DNA from: an uncultured Bacteroidales bacterium | Lineage (GTDB): Bacteria > Bacteroidota > Bacteroidia > Bacteroidales > P3 | Reading direction: 5' to 3' | Length of the DNA: 57,673 nucleotides | NCBI GenBank assembly: GCA_947306225.1 | Contig: CAMZFW010000001.1 | Coordinates: 1 to 57,673 of the forward strand | The notes under the pieces: model-generated | What the model was told of the DNA's origin: nothing | The model's input: the letters and a program-made list of their open reading frames with translations, nothing else | Databases searched by the model: none | Position numbers and translations under genes: made by a program | Shown: piece after piece, positions 38,095 to 47,880 of the stretch | Layout of the letters: each line of letters starts with the position of its first letter | Numbering within the stretch: the first letter of the stretch is position 1

Positions 38095-39102
38095 CTAGTG
38101 GATGATTTTAAATACAAGTTCTTTGAGCAGTTCGCCGTCGGTGACGGTGCCCGCATTGCGTATGCCTTTGGACCGCAGGTCGGCATCGTTGAGGTAGCCG
38201 ATGCATGAGGCAAGTTTGCCAAGAGGATAGTTGCTGGCTGCGGTGGCATAGTCGCGCACAAAATAGGGATTGACCTTCAGCACACTGGCAGCCTGGTTCT
38301 TGTCTGGTAGCTGGTGGTATATCATCACCTTGATGAAGTAGCCATAGAGCGATGGAAGCACCATCTGAATGGGGTTGTCTTTGGGGTTGGCGGCAAAATG
38401 GTTGACGATGCGGTTGCATTGCAGCACGTCACGTCGGCCAATGGCTTTTTGTAGTTCAAAGACATTATAGTCCTTGCTGATACCAATATTGCGCTCAATG
38501 ATGTCCTCGTTGATAATGTCGCCAGGGTTGAGGGAGATGAACACTTTAGACAGTTCGTTGGCGATACGCCCTAAGTCATTGCCGATAGATTCTGCAATCA
38601 TCACAGACCCTTTTTGGGTAATGGTGTGTCCATGTTGGTTGGCGAATGTACCTATCCAGTCGGGCAACTGGCTGTCGTAGAGCTTCGCGTGCTCGTAAAT
38701 GTATCCTTTGTTGTTGATGGCTTTATATGCACGGCCACGTTTGTCCAGTTTCTTGTGTCGGTAGCAAAACACCAGTAGAGTCTGGCTGAGCGGGTGTTCG
38801 AGGTAGTCCGCCAGCAGGTCCCATTCCTTGCTATTAATGTCTTGAGCCTCTTTTACCAGCACCAGCTTCACGGGCGACATCATAGGAAACTGCTTGGCAT
38901 ACGATATCACAGTTCGCATATCGGTATCGCGACCATACAGCACGGTCTGGTCGAAGTCGCGCAGGCTCTCCTCTACAATGTTCTCCTCTATGAAGTCTGA
39001 GGCTTGGTCTATATAGTAATTTTCCTCACCCGTGAGCAGATACACTGGCATATAATTGCCTGCTTTAAGGCTGTCAAATAGTTGCTTGTCAGTAACGAGC
39101 AT
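38095..39102 (-). CDS. holA: DNA polymerase III delta subunit
   Basis: 335 aa. The N-terminal ...YLLTGEENYYID and overall length and pattern are typical of HolA. Confidence 0.8.
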   Translation of the reverse strand: MLVTDKQLFDSLKAGNYMPVYLLTGEENYYIDQASDFIEENIVEESLRDFDQTVLYGRDTDMRTVISYAKQFPMMSPVKLVLVKEAQDINSKEWDLLADYLEHPLSQTLLVFCYRHKKLDKRGRAYKAINNKGYIYEHAKLYDSQLPDWIGTFANQHGHTITQKGSVMIAESIGNDLGRIANELSKVFISLNPGDIINEDIIERNIGISKDYNVFELQKAIGRRDVLQCNRIVNHFAANPKDNPIQMVLPSLYGYFIKVMIYHQLPDKNQAASVLKVNPYFVRDYATAASNYPLGKLASCIGYLNDADLRSKGIRNAGTVTDGELLKELVFKIIH

Positions 39103-39128
39103 TTTATTGTGTGTTCATTTTTAAATTG

Positions 39129-39136
39129 CAAATATA
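39129..39136 (-). promoter_or_regulatory. -7 promoter box (TATATTTG on minus strand) upstream of holA
   Basis: Plus strand caaatata, about 27 nt upstream of the ATG at 39102. Confidence 0.5.
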
Positions 39137-39439
39137 CACAAAAAAAAGCAATAATTGTCTATGATGACAATTTTTAACTTGCATGGTCATGGCTGAGTTC
39201 AGTCTGACTTGTCTTTTGTCTGACAACTTATATGTTGCTAGTCAGTGGGGAAAAAGCATTGTTGAGTCTCCTTATGCAGTATAATTGCTCTAATATTCAT
39301 CCCATTTTACGTGTTATAAAATTTTAACAACCCTTATTTCGTCCCTAAAAATATGCCATATAGCACCTAAAAACTATCGCTTTGTCCCTTTTAACATGGT
39401 AAGAGTAACCTTTTTGTCGTCTGTTATTAATGAGATTGG

Positions 39440-39447
39440 TATTTTTG
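39440..39447 (+). promoter_or_regulatory. -7 promoter box (TATTTTTG) upstream of the acyl-CoA ligase gene
   Basis: 27 nt upstream of the ATG at 39474. Confidence 0.55.
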
Positions 39448-39473
39448 CACTCCGATTAACAATTATTAAGATA

Positions 39474-41246
39474 ATGGAAGAACCGAAAAGACTATTTGAC
39501 CTTTTGGATCGCAAAAAGGCACTCAGCCCCGAACGCGCCTCATTGGTTCGCAAAGAGGGCAATGAATGGAAAAAACATTATATTGATGAGTATATTGAGA
39601 AATCGAACCAGATAAGCTACGCCCTGATGCAGTTGGGTGTGGAACGTGGTGAGAATGTGGCATTGATTTCATCGGGTCGTCCTGAATGGAACTACATAGA
39701 CATGGGCACGCAGATGATTGGCAGCGTGTTGGTGCCAATTTATCCCACAATCAGCGTCAGTGAGTACCTCTATATCCTCAATCATTCCGAGGTGCGTTAC
39801 ATCATTGTAGAGACAGAGGCACTGTACAAGAAAATCACCTCGATTCTCCCGCAGTTGCCGGAGGTTAAGACTATCTATACCATTAATCATGTGGAAGGAG
39901 CGCACCAGCTTGATGAACTCTTTGAGCTTGGTAAGGCCAATCCGCAACCAGAAAAACTTCAAGCAATTAAAGACAGCATCACCACCGACGATGTGGCGAC
40001 AATGATATATACGAGTGGTACCACGGGCACTCCCAAGGGTGTCATGCTTGCCCACAAAGGTATACTATTAAATGTTTTGGGTATTAAAGATTCTCCTGGG
40101 AAGACGTGGACGCGAGCCCTAAGTTGGATGCCAATGTGCCATATCTATGAGCGCATGATGAATTACCTCTACCAGTATCTTGGCATGGAAATCTACTACG
40201 CTGAGAGCATCGCCAAAGTGGCGGACAATGCACAAGAGGTGAACCCCTACATGATGGCTGCGGTACCCCGATTCATCGAAAAGATGTATGACAAGATATT
40301 CCGTAAAGGCGAAAAACTGACAGGTGTCAAGAAAAAGATTTTCGACTGGGCTATAGACTTGGGATTCCAGTATGAGTTGAACGACAAGAAGCGTACGGCC
40401 ATATACAACCTAAAGCACTCGATAGCTGACAAGCTGGTCTATGCTGAGATTCGCAAGGCTTTGGGTGAAAACTTCCACATGCTGGTCTCGGGCGGTGCCT
40501 CGATACAGCCACGACTGACGCGCTTCTTTACTGCTGTGGGACTTGACCTCTACGAAGGCTACGGTCTTACTGAATGTTCGCCATTGGTGGCTGTTACCAA
40601 CACTTATGCCGAGGAAGGTCGCCGTGTGGGTTCAGTAGGCTTTGTGCTGCCAGGCATCGAAGTGCGTTTCGACCCAGCCAACAACGAAATACAGTGTCGT
40701 GGCGATAATGTGATGAAGGGCTATTTCAAGGCACCAGAGCTTACGGCCGAGGTGATTGACGAAGAGGGTTGGTTCCACACTGGCGACACGGGCTATCTAG
40801 ATGCTGACGGGTACATGTTCCTAACAGGTCGCACGAAGAATATGTTCAAGACCTCGATGGGCAAGTTTGTCAATCCCGAGGTGATTGAGGAGAAGTTTAA
40901 AGAATCAGCTTTTATCCTTGATATGATGGTCGTCGGTGAGGGTGAGAAGTTTGCTGCAGCAATTATCGCACCTGACTTTGATATGCTTCAAGACTGGTGC
41001 GTGCGCCACGGTGTCTCGGCTAAGAGCCGTGAGGAGATGGTGTCCGACAAAGTGGTGCTGGCACGTTATCAGCGCGTAATAGACAAGTACAACGCTACCC
41101 TTGGCAACCATGAGCAAGTGAAACGCTTCCAGTTGGTCACGGATAATTGGACCACGGAGAATCAGCTCCTGACTCCCACGCTTAAGATTAAGCGTAAGAA
41201 CATTGCTTCATACTATCAGAACGTGATTGCCGACTTGTTTAAGTAA
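39474..41246 (+). CDS. long-chain fatty acid--CoA ligase (AMP-binding family)
   Basis: AMP-binding signature IYTSGTTGTPKGVML, GYGLTE and TGDTG motifs. The start is moved to MEEPKRLF (39474), downstream of the promoter box. Confidence 0.9.
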   Translation: MEEPKRLFDLLDRKKALSPERASLVRKEGNEWKKHYIDEYIEKSNQISYALMQLGVERGENVALISSGRPEWNYIDMGTQMIGSVLVPIYPTISVSEYLYILNHSEVRYIIVETEALYKKITSILPQLPEVKTIYTINHVEGAHQLDELFELGKANPQPEKLQAIKDSITTDDVATMIYTSGTTGTPKGVMLAHKGILLNVLGIKDSPGKTWTRALSWMPMCHIYERMMNYLYQYLGMEIYYAESIAKVADNAQEVNPYMMAAVPRFIEKMYDKIFRKGEKLTGVKKKIFDWAIDLGFQYELNDKKRTAIYNLKHSIADKLVYAEIRKALGENFHMLVSGGASIQPRLTRFFTAVGLDLYEGYGLTECSPLVAVTNTYAEEGRRVGSVGFVLPGIEVRFDPANNEIQCRGDNVMKGYFKAPELTAEVIDEEGWFHTGDTGYLDADGYMFLTGRTKNMFKTSMGKFVNPEVIEEKFKESAFILDMMVVGEGEKFAAAIIAPDFDMLQDWCVRHGVSAKSREEMVSDKVVLARYQRVIDKYNATLGNHEQVKRFQLVTDNWTTENQLLTPTLKIKRKNIASYYQNVIADLFK

Positions 41247-41265
41247 TGATGAGATAGGACATTGC

Positions 41266-41295
41266 GTGGCTGTAATCGTTAACGGTTGCAGCCAC
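41266..41295. terminator. hairpin between convergent genes (candidate bidirectional terminator)
   Basis: GTGGCTGTAA-tcgttaacgg-TTGCAGCCAC: a 10-bp stem with one G-U pair and a weak T-run. Confidence 0.55.
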
Positions 41296-41302
41296 GTTTG
41301 TA

Positions 41303-41908
41303 TTAATTGGCTACCCGTCGGATAGAGTGAAGTGTGTGGGTCAGTTGCAGCGTGTCGTTGTTGACGATGCCGTCGGATGTAAGGGTGTCAATGCGCACTT
41401 GTCCGGAAGAATGCACTATCTTGCCATCGCCCAAATAGATTCCCACGTGGACAATTCTGCCGTCGTCGTTGCAGAAGAAGCAGAGGTCGTCGGGCTGTGC
41501 ATCAGAGAGGTAGGGCACAAGAGCTCCTTGCGTGGCCTGCTGTGAGGCATCGCGCAGCAGCGGTATGCCGCATGCTTTGAAGCATACCTGTGTCAGCCCC
41601 GAGCAGTCAATGCCCATTACCGTACGCCCACCCCACAGGTAAGGTGCGCCAAGGTATTCTGTCAGAGCCACCTCGCTAGGGGAGTTGTGAAAGGGCTTGG
41701 ATGTGTGCGTGGTGGGTTTCCCCTCTTTGTATTGCTTGTTGTCCACCCATCCCTCATAGCCGTCGTAGTCACAGCATATACGTGACCATTTCTCTTGACG
41801 CTCCAGCACTTCGAAAGTGTCACCAAGCAGCAGTTGATTTACCATCTCCGAGCGGTCGGAGGGCTCTCGGCGCATAGGCACTGCACTCAAAAAACAATAT
41901 CCTGTCAT
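41303..41908 (-). CDS. NlpC/P60 (C40) peptidase with an N-terminal SH3-like domain
   Basis: The catalytic-Cys context GIDCSGL and the downstream His (VHVGIY) are typical of C40 peptidases. Confidence 0.85.
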   Translation of the reverse strand: MTGYCFLSAVPMRREPSDRSEMVNQLLLGDTFEVLERQEKWSRICCDYDGYEGWVDNKQYKEGKPTTHTSKPFHNSPSEVALTEYLGAPYLWGGRTVMGIDCSGLTQVCFKACGIPLLRDASQQATQGALVPYLSDAQPDDLCFFCNDDGRIVHVGIYLGDGKIVHSSGQVRIDTLTSDGIVNNDTLQLTHTLHSIRRVAN

Positions 41909-42513
41909 AGTTTCCCTCGTTCAATAGATAAGACGATTCGCTCAATGAGGTAGTCATCCTTGTTATGTTTTGGGTCGTAGGCGGATTTGAGATTGTATCC
42001 GAAGAGACGTGCAAATGTTTGGTAGAAACCCGCACGTATTTTGCCCCGTAGTTCGTCGACCAGCACGTATGAGGTGCGCCCAGTTTCGCGGTCAATCAGT
42101 TTCAACAGAACCATGCCTTGTGAGATAGTACATGCCTTCAGCTCGTCACTGAAATCTGCCAGCAAATCTTTTTCCGCCTGCTTGATGGCCTCTTTGCGCT
42201 CGCGCTTGGGCATATCGGCAATGCGACGTTCGAGTTCGTCCAAACGCTGTTTGCCGATTTTGGCGTAGGGTAGCATCTTCTTTACGTTGCGGATTAGTTT
42301 CTGATTCTTGCGAATTTCCTTTTCGCTGAGCAGCGAACCTGATTCTATCACCTTCACCTCGTTGAGTCGGTAGTATGGAATGGTGTCGCCGTCAACGATA
42401 ATGCCAAAACGCACCTTGCGCTCGGCACTGGCCTGTCCTTGAGTGGGTAAGGGCATTGCGTATGCAGCTGCCAGCAGGACTATGAAGAGAACCTTTTTCA
42501 TAATAGTCTTCAT
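41905..42513 (-). CDS. DUF4294-family secreted protein
   Basis: Signal peptide plus LIDRETGRTSYVLVDELRGKIRAGFYQTFARLFGYNLKSAY, a pattern I recall for DUF4294. It overlaps the downstream gene by 4 nt. Confidence 0.7.
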   Translation of the reverse strand: MKTIMKKVLFIVLLAAAYAMPLPTQGQASAERKVRFGIIVDGDTIPYYRLNEVKVIESGSLLSEKEIRKNQKLIRNVKKMLPYAKIGKQRLDELERRIADMPKRERKEAIKQAEKDLLADFSDELKACTISQGMVLLKLIDRETGRTSYVLVDELRGKIRAGFYQTFARLFGYNLKSAYDPKHNKDDYLIERIVLSIERGKL

Positions 42514-42552
42514 AAATTTCCCATATAACTCAAAAATGTCGAAATTATTTTG

Positions 42553-42560
42553 TATTTTTG
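42553..42560 (+). promoter_or_regulatory. -7 promoter box (TATTTTTG) 4 nt before the acyltransferase ATG
   Basis: tgTATTTTTGcagcATG. This geometry implies a leaderless or near-leaderless mRNA. Confidence 0.5.
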
Positions 42561-42564
42561 CAGC

Positions 42565-43833
42565 ATGAAAAACAAGTTGGCTGATTTTAACTTTTTTTAT
42601 AGCCTCCTACTGCCTGTGGTGCTTTATGGCGTGCGTTGCCATTACCGTACCTTCACGGTGCGAGGCAAAGAAAACATCCCTTGGGGAGAACATTTCATCA
42701 TTGCCCCCTGTCATCAGAACGCTCTGATGGACGCACTTGTTATCTTGCAGGTGATGAACCGCAAGACGGTATTTCTGGCACGTGCCGATATCTTTCAGAA
42801 CCCCGTTGCCCGTTTTTTCCTCACATGGTTGCGTATCAGTCCGGTCTACCGTATACGCGATGGGCGTGAGTCGTTGTCGCGTAACGAAGAGATATTCAAC
42901 ACCGCGCGCGAGGTGATTGAGAAAGGGGTACCTCTTTGTCTGATGGCAGAGGGTCGTCATAACGACCGCCATCAGCTGTTGCCCTTGGTCAAAGGCATGT
43001 TCCGCATCGCAGGTGCAACTCAATCCGAATTGGGCGACAAGCCTCTCTACATCCTCCCTGTCGGTCTCGACTACGACCACTACGAGTGTCCATACCACAA
43101 TGTCGGTGCGAACATTGGCAAACCTATCGACATTAGGCAGTTTATGTCTGAATACAAGACCAACGAGCCTGTCGCACTCAACCAAATGCGCAGTGCCCTT
43201 ACCTCCTCTCTCAAAGCTCAGATGCACGATGTGGTAAGTCACGACAGGTATGACGACGAATATGCCTACTGCCACTTCAAGACGCAGGATGCTCTCCACG
43301 AATTGAGGTTGTACAACAACCCGTTCAACCGCTTTGTAGCACGCAGGCACATCAGTGAGTCGATTGCTGCCCTCCCCGACGAGCAGCGTCAGCCGCTGTA
43401 TGACCAGGGTGCCACCTTCGCTGAGAAATGTCGCCAACGTGGCGTTCCGCTGTGGTTTGCCTCCAAGAATTGGACTGTGGGCAAGAGCCTTCTGGCACTT
43501 TTGGCCTTATTGCTCACGGTAGCGGCCATCGTGCCAATATGGCAATATTGGTTGCTCAGCAACGTTACCGTGTTCCTGCCCACCCATCTTTTTGTCCAAA
43601 GAGTCATCCAAGACTCTCAGTTCCGTAGTTCGGTCAATTACGGAATCCGACTGCTCTTGCAGTTCATCAATGGAATTGTGGTCTTCATCGTGTTTACCTG
43701 CACCCACGATATTCTCTGGGGATTGGGTATGGCAGGGCTTTGTGCTCTGAGCGCATGGGTTACTCCACGTATCTTTATGTTGCTACGTGACGTATGGTAT
43801 GGATTGAAGCTTGGCAGCCGCAAATCTGCCTAG
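42565..43833 (+). CDS. lysophospholipid/glycerol-3-phosphate acyltransferase family protein with C-terminal membrane segments
   Basis: HxxxxD box (PCHQNALMD) and EGRH-type block (MAEGRHNDRH). The C-terminal ~120 aa are hydrophobic. Confidence 0.8.
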   Translation: MKNKLADFNFFYSLLLPVVLYGVRCHYRTFTVRGKENIPWGEHFIIAPCHQNALMDALVILQVMNRKTVFLARADIFQNPVARFFLTWLRISPVYRIRDGRESLSRNEEIFNTAREVIEKGVPLCLMAEGRHNDRHQLLPLVKGMFRIAGATQSELGDKPLYILPVGLDYDHYECPYHNVGANIGKPIDIRQFMSEYKTNEPVALNQMRSALTSSLKAQMHDVVSHDRYDDEYAYCHFKTQDALHELRLYNNPFNRFVARRHISESIAALPDEQRQPLYDQGATFAEKCRQRGVPLWFASKNWTVGKSLLALLALLLTVAAIVPIWQYWLLSNVTVFLPTHLFVQRVIQDSQFRSSVNYGIRLLLQFINGIVVFIVFTCTHDILWGLGMAGLCALSAWVTPRIFMLLRDVWYGLKLGSRKSA

Positions 43834-43835
43834 TC

Positions 43836-44504
43836 TTACATTTGTACCGGTGTGCAATAGTGCATCGGATGGAAGTGATGCACATTTATTGCTTTAAGGA
43901 ATTGTAATGGGCCGCGTAGCATCTCTTGTCCGAGGCGTGGGTCCACGGGGAACATGGCGTGGTCTATATTCGGATGGTCGGCACGCAGGTCGCGGATAAT
44001 AGAAAGGAATAGTTTTTCCATCTGGTCTGGAGTCACCTTTACATGGCTGCTCATCTCTTCTTCGGTGCAAGGTGGGAAGTACCAATTGTTGCAGTCGCCG
44101 GCATGGTAGAGGGTGGTGCCGTCACGAAGAGTGACAACGGTGCTGACACCTACGTCGGTGGAGCGGTAGGCTTGGATGGTGAAGTGGGGTGTCTGCACCG
44201 TCTCGCCGAAACGTAGCACAGCCAAAGGCAAAGTCTTGTCTATTCGCCGCCGCCGAACGGTGTCGTAAGATGGCAGTAGGTACCAACGCTCTTCCTTGCG
44301 CTCGGCACACCAGTTTACTATGTCAGGGTTGAAATGGTCTTCGTGGAAATGTGAGACGATGAAGTATACAGCCTTCTCGTCTCGCTTAGCCTCTTCAAGG
44401 AATTTGGGCAGTAGTCCTTCTGGGTCGCGCCAGTAGTCATAGATAATAAGCAAATCCGCATCGCTGTAGGCGAAACAGCTGTGGTGGATGTAGTGGAGCG
44501 GCAT
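43836..44504 (-). CDS. MBL-fold metallo-hydrolase
   Basis: SHFHEDHF motif; 222 aa. Confidence 0.7.
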   Translation of the reverse strand: MPLHYIHHSCFAYSDADLLIIYDYWRDPEGLLPKFLEEAKRDEKAVYFIVSHFHEDHFNPDIVNWCAERKEERWYLLPSYDTVRRRRIDKTLPLAVLRFGETVQTPHFTIQAYRSTDVGVSTVVTLRDGTTLYHAGDCNNWYFPPCTEEEMSSHVKVTPDQMEKLFLSIIRDLRADHPNIDHAMFPVDPRLGQEMLRGPLQFLKAINVHHFHPMHYCTPVQM

Positions 44505-44506
44505 TA

Positions 44507-44917
44507 TTAGAGCAGGTCGGACTTGGGTGTGAACTGGATGATGATGAACTGCTCGTCGAAGCAGATGTCCTCAAGGGTGACGCGCTCGAAGATGGGGGCA
44601 AGATTAGGACTTTTGCCTAGTGAGAGTAGCAGCTGGTTGCCGCCAAGCATCTGCACCATCTCCATTCCAGGTTGATTTTTCGCCTGATTGAGGGCGGTAC
44701 GAAGCATAAACTCGATGGCCGCACCGCCATTGAATGAAAGAAAGACGTCGCTGCCATTAATGCGGTCTACTTTGATGTCCACGCCCACGGACCCCATGAG
44801 GGGCACGGGGTAGGAAATGCGCACGGTGTGGCTGTCGCTGTAGGAGAGGGGGATGCGTTTGCCCGCTTTGCTTTCGGAGATTTGTTCGACCTCATTGTAG
44901 GATAATCGGAATTGCAT
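44507..44917 (-). CDS. hypothetical protein (136 aa)
   Basis: Clean ORF 2 nt upstream of the MBL gene. I recognise no motif. Confidence 0.55.
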   Translation of the reverse strand: MQFRLSYNEVEQISESKAGKRIPLSYSDSHTVRISYPVPLMGSVGVDIKVDRINGSDVFLSFNGGAAIEFMLRTALNQAKNQPGMEMVQMLGGNQLLLSLGKSPNLAPIFERVTLEDICFDEQFIIIQFTPKSDLL

Positions 44918-44965
44918 GTTTGTATCTTTTTTGTAAAGAATAACGCGTATGTGGAAAAAAAATTG

Positions 44966-44973
44966 TATTTTTG
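44966..44973 (+). promoter_or_regulatory. -7 promoter box (TATTTTTG) upstream of the DRTGG gene
   Basis: 28 nt upstream of the ATG at 45001. Confidence 0.55.
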
Positions 44974-45000
44974 CATTCTGAAATATTAAACAATACTACT

Positions 45001-45333
45001 ATGAAAGTAAGAGAACTTGTCGAGAAATTGAGTCTAAAAGTGCTTTCGGGTGCCGATGGCTTAGACCGCGAAATAGAAGGATGCTATGTGTCCGATTTAC
45101 TGAGTGATGTGATGGGCAATGCCGAGATGGGCAACGTGTGGGTGACACTACAGGTGCATAAGAATGTGATGGCCATCGCTTCCCTAAAAGAGTTGGCTTG
45201 TGTTATCCTTGTGAAAGGCCAGACTGCCACCGAGGAGACATTGGAACAGAGCAACGAGGAGGGCATTCCCTTCCTGAGCACCACCATGGAGACTTTCGAG
45301 ACCGCAGGAAAGATATACGAACTAATAAAGTGA
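45001..45333 (+). CDS. DRTGG domain protein
   Basis: 110 aa, MKVRELVEKLSLKVLSG....EI.GCYVSDLLSDVMGNA. The small stand-alone DRTGG pattern is usually paired with a PHP protein. Confidence 0.75.
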   Translation: MKVRELVEKLSLKVLSGADGLDREIEGCYVSDLLSDVMGNAEMGNVWVTLQVHKNVMAIASLKELACVILVKGQTATEETLEQSNEEGIPFLSTTMETFETAGKIYELIK

Positions 45334-45338
45334 AAGGT

Positions 45339-45400
45339 GAAAATTGAAAAATGAGATTATTGTGGCGTTGTTCTGCAATAATTCTCAATTCTCAATTTTC
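45339..45400 (+). repeat. long imperfect hairpin of TTGAGAATTG/CAATTCTCAA-type repeats between the DRTGG and PHP genes
   Basis: GAAAATTGA pairs with TCAATTTTC, and GAGATTATTG pairs with CAATAATTCTC (1-nt bulge). Downstream are tandem AATTCTCA repeats. It belongs to the same sequence family as 32587..32661. Confidence 0.75.
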
Positions 45401-45414
45401 AATTCTCAATTCCC

Positions 45415-46188
45415 ATGACTCCCTTTAAGGCAGACCTGCATATCCACACGGTGCTGTCGCCCTGTGGCGACTTGGAGATGAGCCCCACGGCAATCGTGGA
45501 GCGTGCATTGGCACGTGGGTTGGATATGATTGCCATCACCGACCACAATACCACCCGTCAGGTCAAAGTGGCACAGAAGGTGGGGCGCGAACGTGGTCTG
45601 TTTGTGCTAGGTGGTGTCGAGGTGACATCGCAGGAGGAGGCGCACTGTCTTGCCTATTTCGAGACTGACGACCAGCTCGACGAATTCCAGACCTTTCTTG
45701 ACCAGCATTTGCCCCCAATTCCCAACGACGAAGACCGTTTTGGCTACCAGCTCATCGTAGACGAGAACGACGAGATTGTGGGCGAGGAGGAGTACCACCT
45801 GCTCAATGGCATAGATGTAGACATCGACGGCATCTATGAGGAGGTGCACCGCGTCGGGGGACTCTTCGTGCCAGCACATGTCAACAAAGGCACCACTTCG
45901 CTGACCAGCCAGTTGGGTTTCGTGCCGCCCGACCTAAAGGCTGATGGTTTGGAGATTAACCGCTTCACCACCAAAGAAGAGATGCTGAAGAAGTTCGCCT
46001 ACCTCAAGCGCTTCAATTTTATCACCGACAGCGATGCCCATTTCATCGACAATGTGGGCGATGTCTACAACGTCATCTACATGGAGCACCGCACCTTCGC
46101 CGAGTTCCGCATGGCACTGAAAGGCGAAGAAGGCCGATATATCGACACAATGACCTTCCGCGAGGCTCCGTTAAAGAAGATTATGTAA
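45415..46188 (+). CDS. PHP (polymerase/histidinol phosphatase) domain metal-dependent phosphoesterase
   Basis: ADLHIHTVLSPCG and ITDHNT motifs; 257 aa. Confidence 0.85.
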   Translation: MTPFKADLHIHTVLSPCGDLEMSPTAIVERALARGLDMIAITDHNTTRQVKVAQKVGRERGLFVLGGVEVTSQEEAHCLAYFETDDQLDEFQTFLDQHLPPIPNDEDRFGYQLIVDENDEIVGEEEYHLLNGIDVDIDGIYEEVHRVGGLFVPAHVNKGTTSLTSQLGFVPPDLKADGLEINRFTTKEEMLKKFAYLKRFNFITDSDAHFIDNVGDVYNVIYMEHRTFAEFRMALKGEEGRYIDTMTFREAPLKKIM

Positions 46189-46191
46189 TCA

Positions 46192-46229
46192 GTTGCGGCG
46201 TATCTGCAATATTACAAATACGCCGCAAC
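46192..46229. terminator. perfect 12-bp hairpin between convergent genes
   Basis: GTTGCGGCGTAT (46192..46203) pairs with ATACGCCGCAAC (46218..46229). There is no U-run on either side. Confidence 0.6.
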
Positions 46230-46251
46230 GAGAACGTCCGCTAAGACATAA

Positions 46252-47847
46252 TTATTCAACATCTTTTACAAGACGTACGGATAGACCGTTATAAGGCAGG
46301 CAGCCACCATTTGATACACCTCCGCAGTCGCCAGCTATAAAATACACATATCCGCCTAATTCACCCATGGGTGTAGATGTATGGTACCAGCTATAGTTGA
46401 ATACAGCGTCTACATCAGTGCCTTCACGGTGTCCGCATGCAGGAAAGAAAATTGCACCACTAGTTTCCATCAATTCCCATTGTAAATGCGTATAGCTATT
46501 ATGCGTCCAATCGCCGGCACCACCAGGTGAAAAAGAGCATCCTGCTGGTGTTGTCCAGTTGTCTGGTATAAGTATAAAGCCTCCGATACCATTAATATTA
46601 CCTGTGGCAAATTTGTCACTGGCATCGTCGCGACCCCAAAGGATATAACTCCAGTCATTATATGTTAGAGTGCGCCACAGGTTGCCCACATTACCACCAT
46701 TGCTAATAGCATTCATACCCCAGTCTACGAAGGTATTGTACTCAGTGTACATTGAGGATAGTGTGGGATTGTTTCCTGTACCCCATCCGAATAGGTCTAT
46801 CCAGCTTCTATAATTATCACTAATATCTACAGATATATATTCAAGCCCATCGTAAATACTTTGATGGCTTTCTCCGTACCGGTAGCCTACACGTTCATAT
46901 TGATTGGGGGCAAATCGCCATGTACCTGGCATGTTGTTTCCTAATGCTCCTGTATGAGTGCCGAGGATAGTGTACTGTAGGTTTCCTTGCGAGAAGCGTA
47001 CTTTATCACCCAACTCGTTGATTGTGAAGAGGCCAGATAGTGCTCCCGCATTTGGTGTGAAAGTGAGATTATTATCACTAAGTGTGATAGTGGTTATTTT
47101 ACTACGTTGTACGCGTACGCTATATCCGTTGCTTACAGTCTTGGTGCATACACCACCATCGCTGCTGTAGATGCGTATTCGCATCGCCTCATAGGTATGG
47201 GCTGGCAGAAACAAGTAGAAGTCCTTTTGTGAGTTAATACTCTGTGCTCTGGCACAGGTCATCATTACGTTATTAAAGCCGTGACTGACACTTGTCAGTA
47301 TGGGGTTCCCATTATTATAATTCACGCTGAAGTCACCTACAATATCAATGTCGGTAGTAATTTCGATGGCTGTAACGTTGATTCCTTCCTTTTGAAGACG
47401 TAGACGCAGGATGCCACAGAGGTTCTTGAAATCCAAACTTGTGCCGTGCGATTCTGCATACATAGGATAGCCTGTCAGCGAGCCGTCGGCAGTTACTTGT
47501 ATCACAGGTAGTTCAATGTTGTTATTGTCTATGGCAGAAGAGGCGGGATAGATGGCACAGTAAGGAGCACTCCCTGGATTACCGCTCTCTCTCACAAATG
47601 ATACCTGCCCGCTGCCAGCATTGTTCACGGTATATATTCCACTGCTTTCTGAACCAAATACTTTTATTTTGTCGCCCGTCATCCAATGCATAAATCCTCT
47701 GTCCATAGTGGTTTTATTATTCTGGTCGTCAGTAACCTTTTCCATCGTTGTGGTGAAGGTATCAACAACATCGCTTTCCTTTTGGCAGGATGAGAATGCA
47801 GCCATGATGATGACAATAGCAGCCATTGATGCTAACGTTTTCTTCAT
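46252..47847 (-). CDS. lipoprotein: fimbrillin-like N-terminal half plus a C-terminal lectin-like domain ending in GLSVRLVKD (FISUMP/DUF1566-like)
   Basis: Lipobox AAFSSC. The N-terminal half is paralogous to 31430..32212. The C-terminal half has the motifs FSQGNLQY, LFGWGTG, WRTLTYNDWSYIL, FFPACGHREG and SVRLVKD. Confidence 0.8.
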   Translation of the reverse strand: MKKTLASMAAIVIIMAAFSSCQKESDVVDTFTTTMEKVTDDQNNKTTMDRGFMHWMTGDKIKVFGSESSGIYTVNNAGSGQVSFVRESGNPGSAPYCAIYPASSAIDNNNIELPVIQVTADGSLTGYPMYAESHGTSLDFKNLCGILRLRLQKEGINVTAIEITTDIDIVGDFSVNYNNGNPILTSVSHGFNNVMMTCARAQSINSQKDFYLFLPAHTYEAMRIRIYSSDGGVCTKTVSNGYSVRVQRSKITTITLSDNNLTFTPNAGALSGLFTINELGDKVRFSQGNLQYTILGTHTGALGNNMPGTWRFAPNQYERVGYRYGESHQSIYDGLEYISVDISDNYRSWIDLFGWGTGNNPTLSSMYTEYNTFVDWGMNAISNGGNVGNLWRTLTYNDWSYILWGRDDASDKFATGNINGIGGFILIPDNWTTPAGCSFSPGGAGDWTHNSYTHLQWELMETSGAIFFPACGHREGTDVDAVFNYSWYHTSTPMGELGGYVYFIAGDCGGVSNGGCLPYNGLSVRLVKDVE

Positions 47848-47880
47848 AGTACTAACTTTTTTGATTTGAATTATGCTGTA

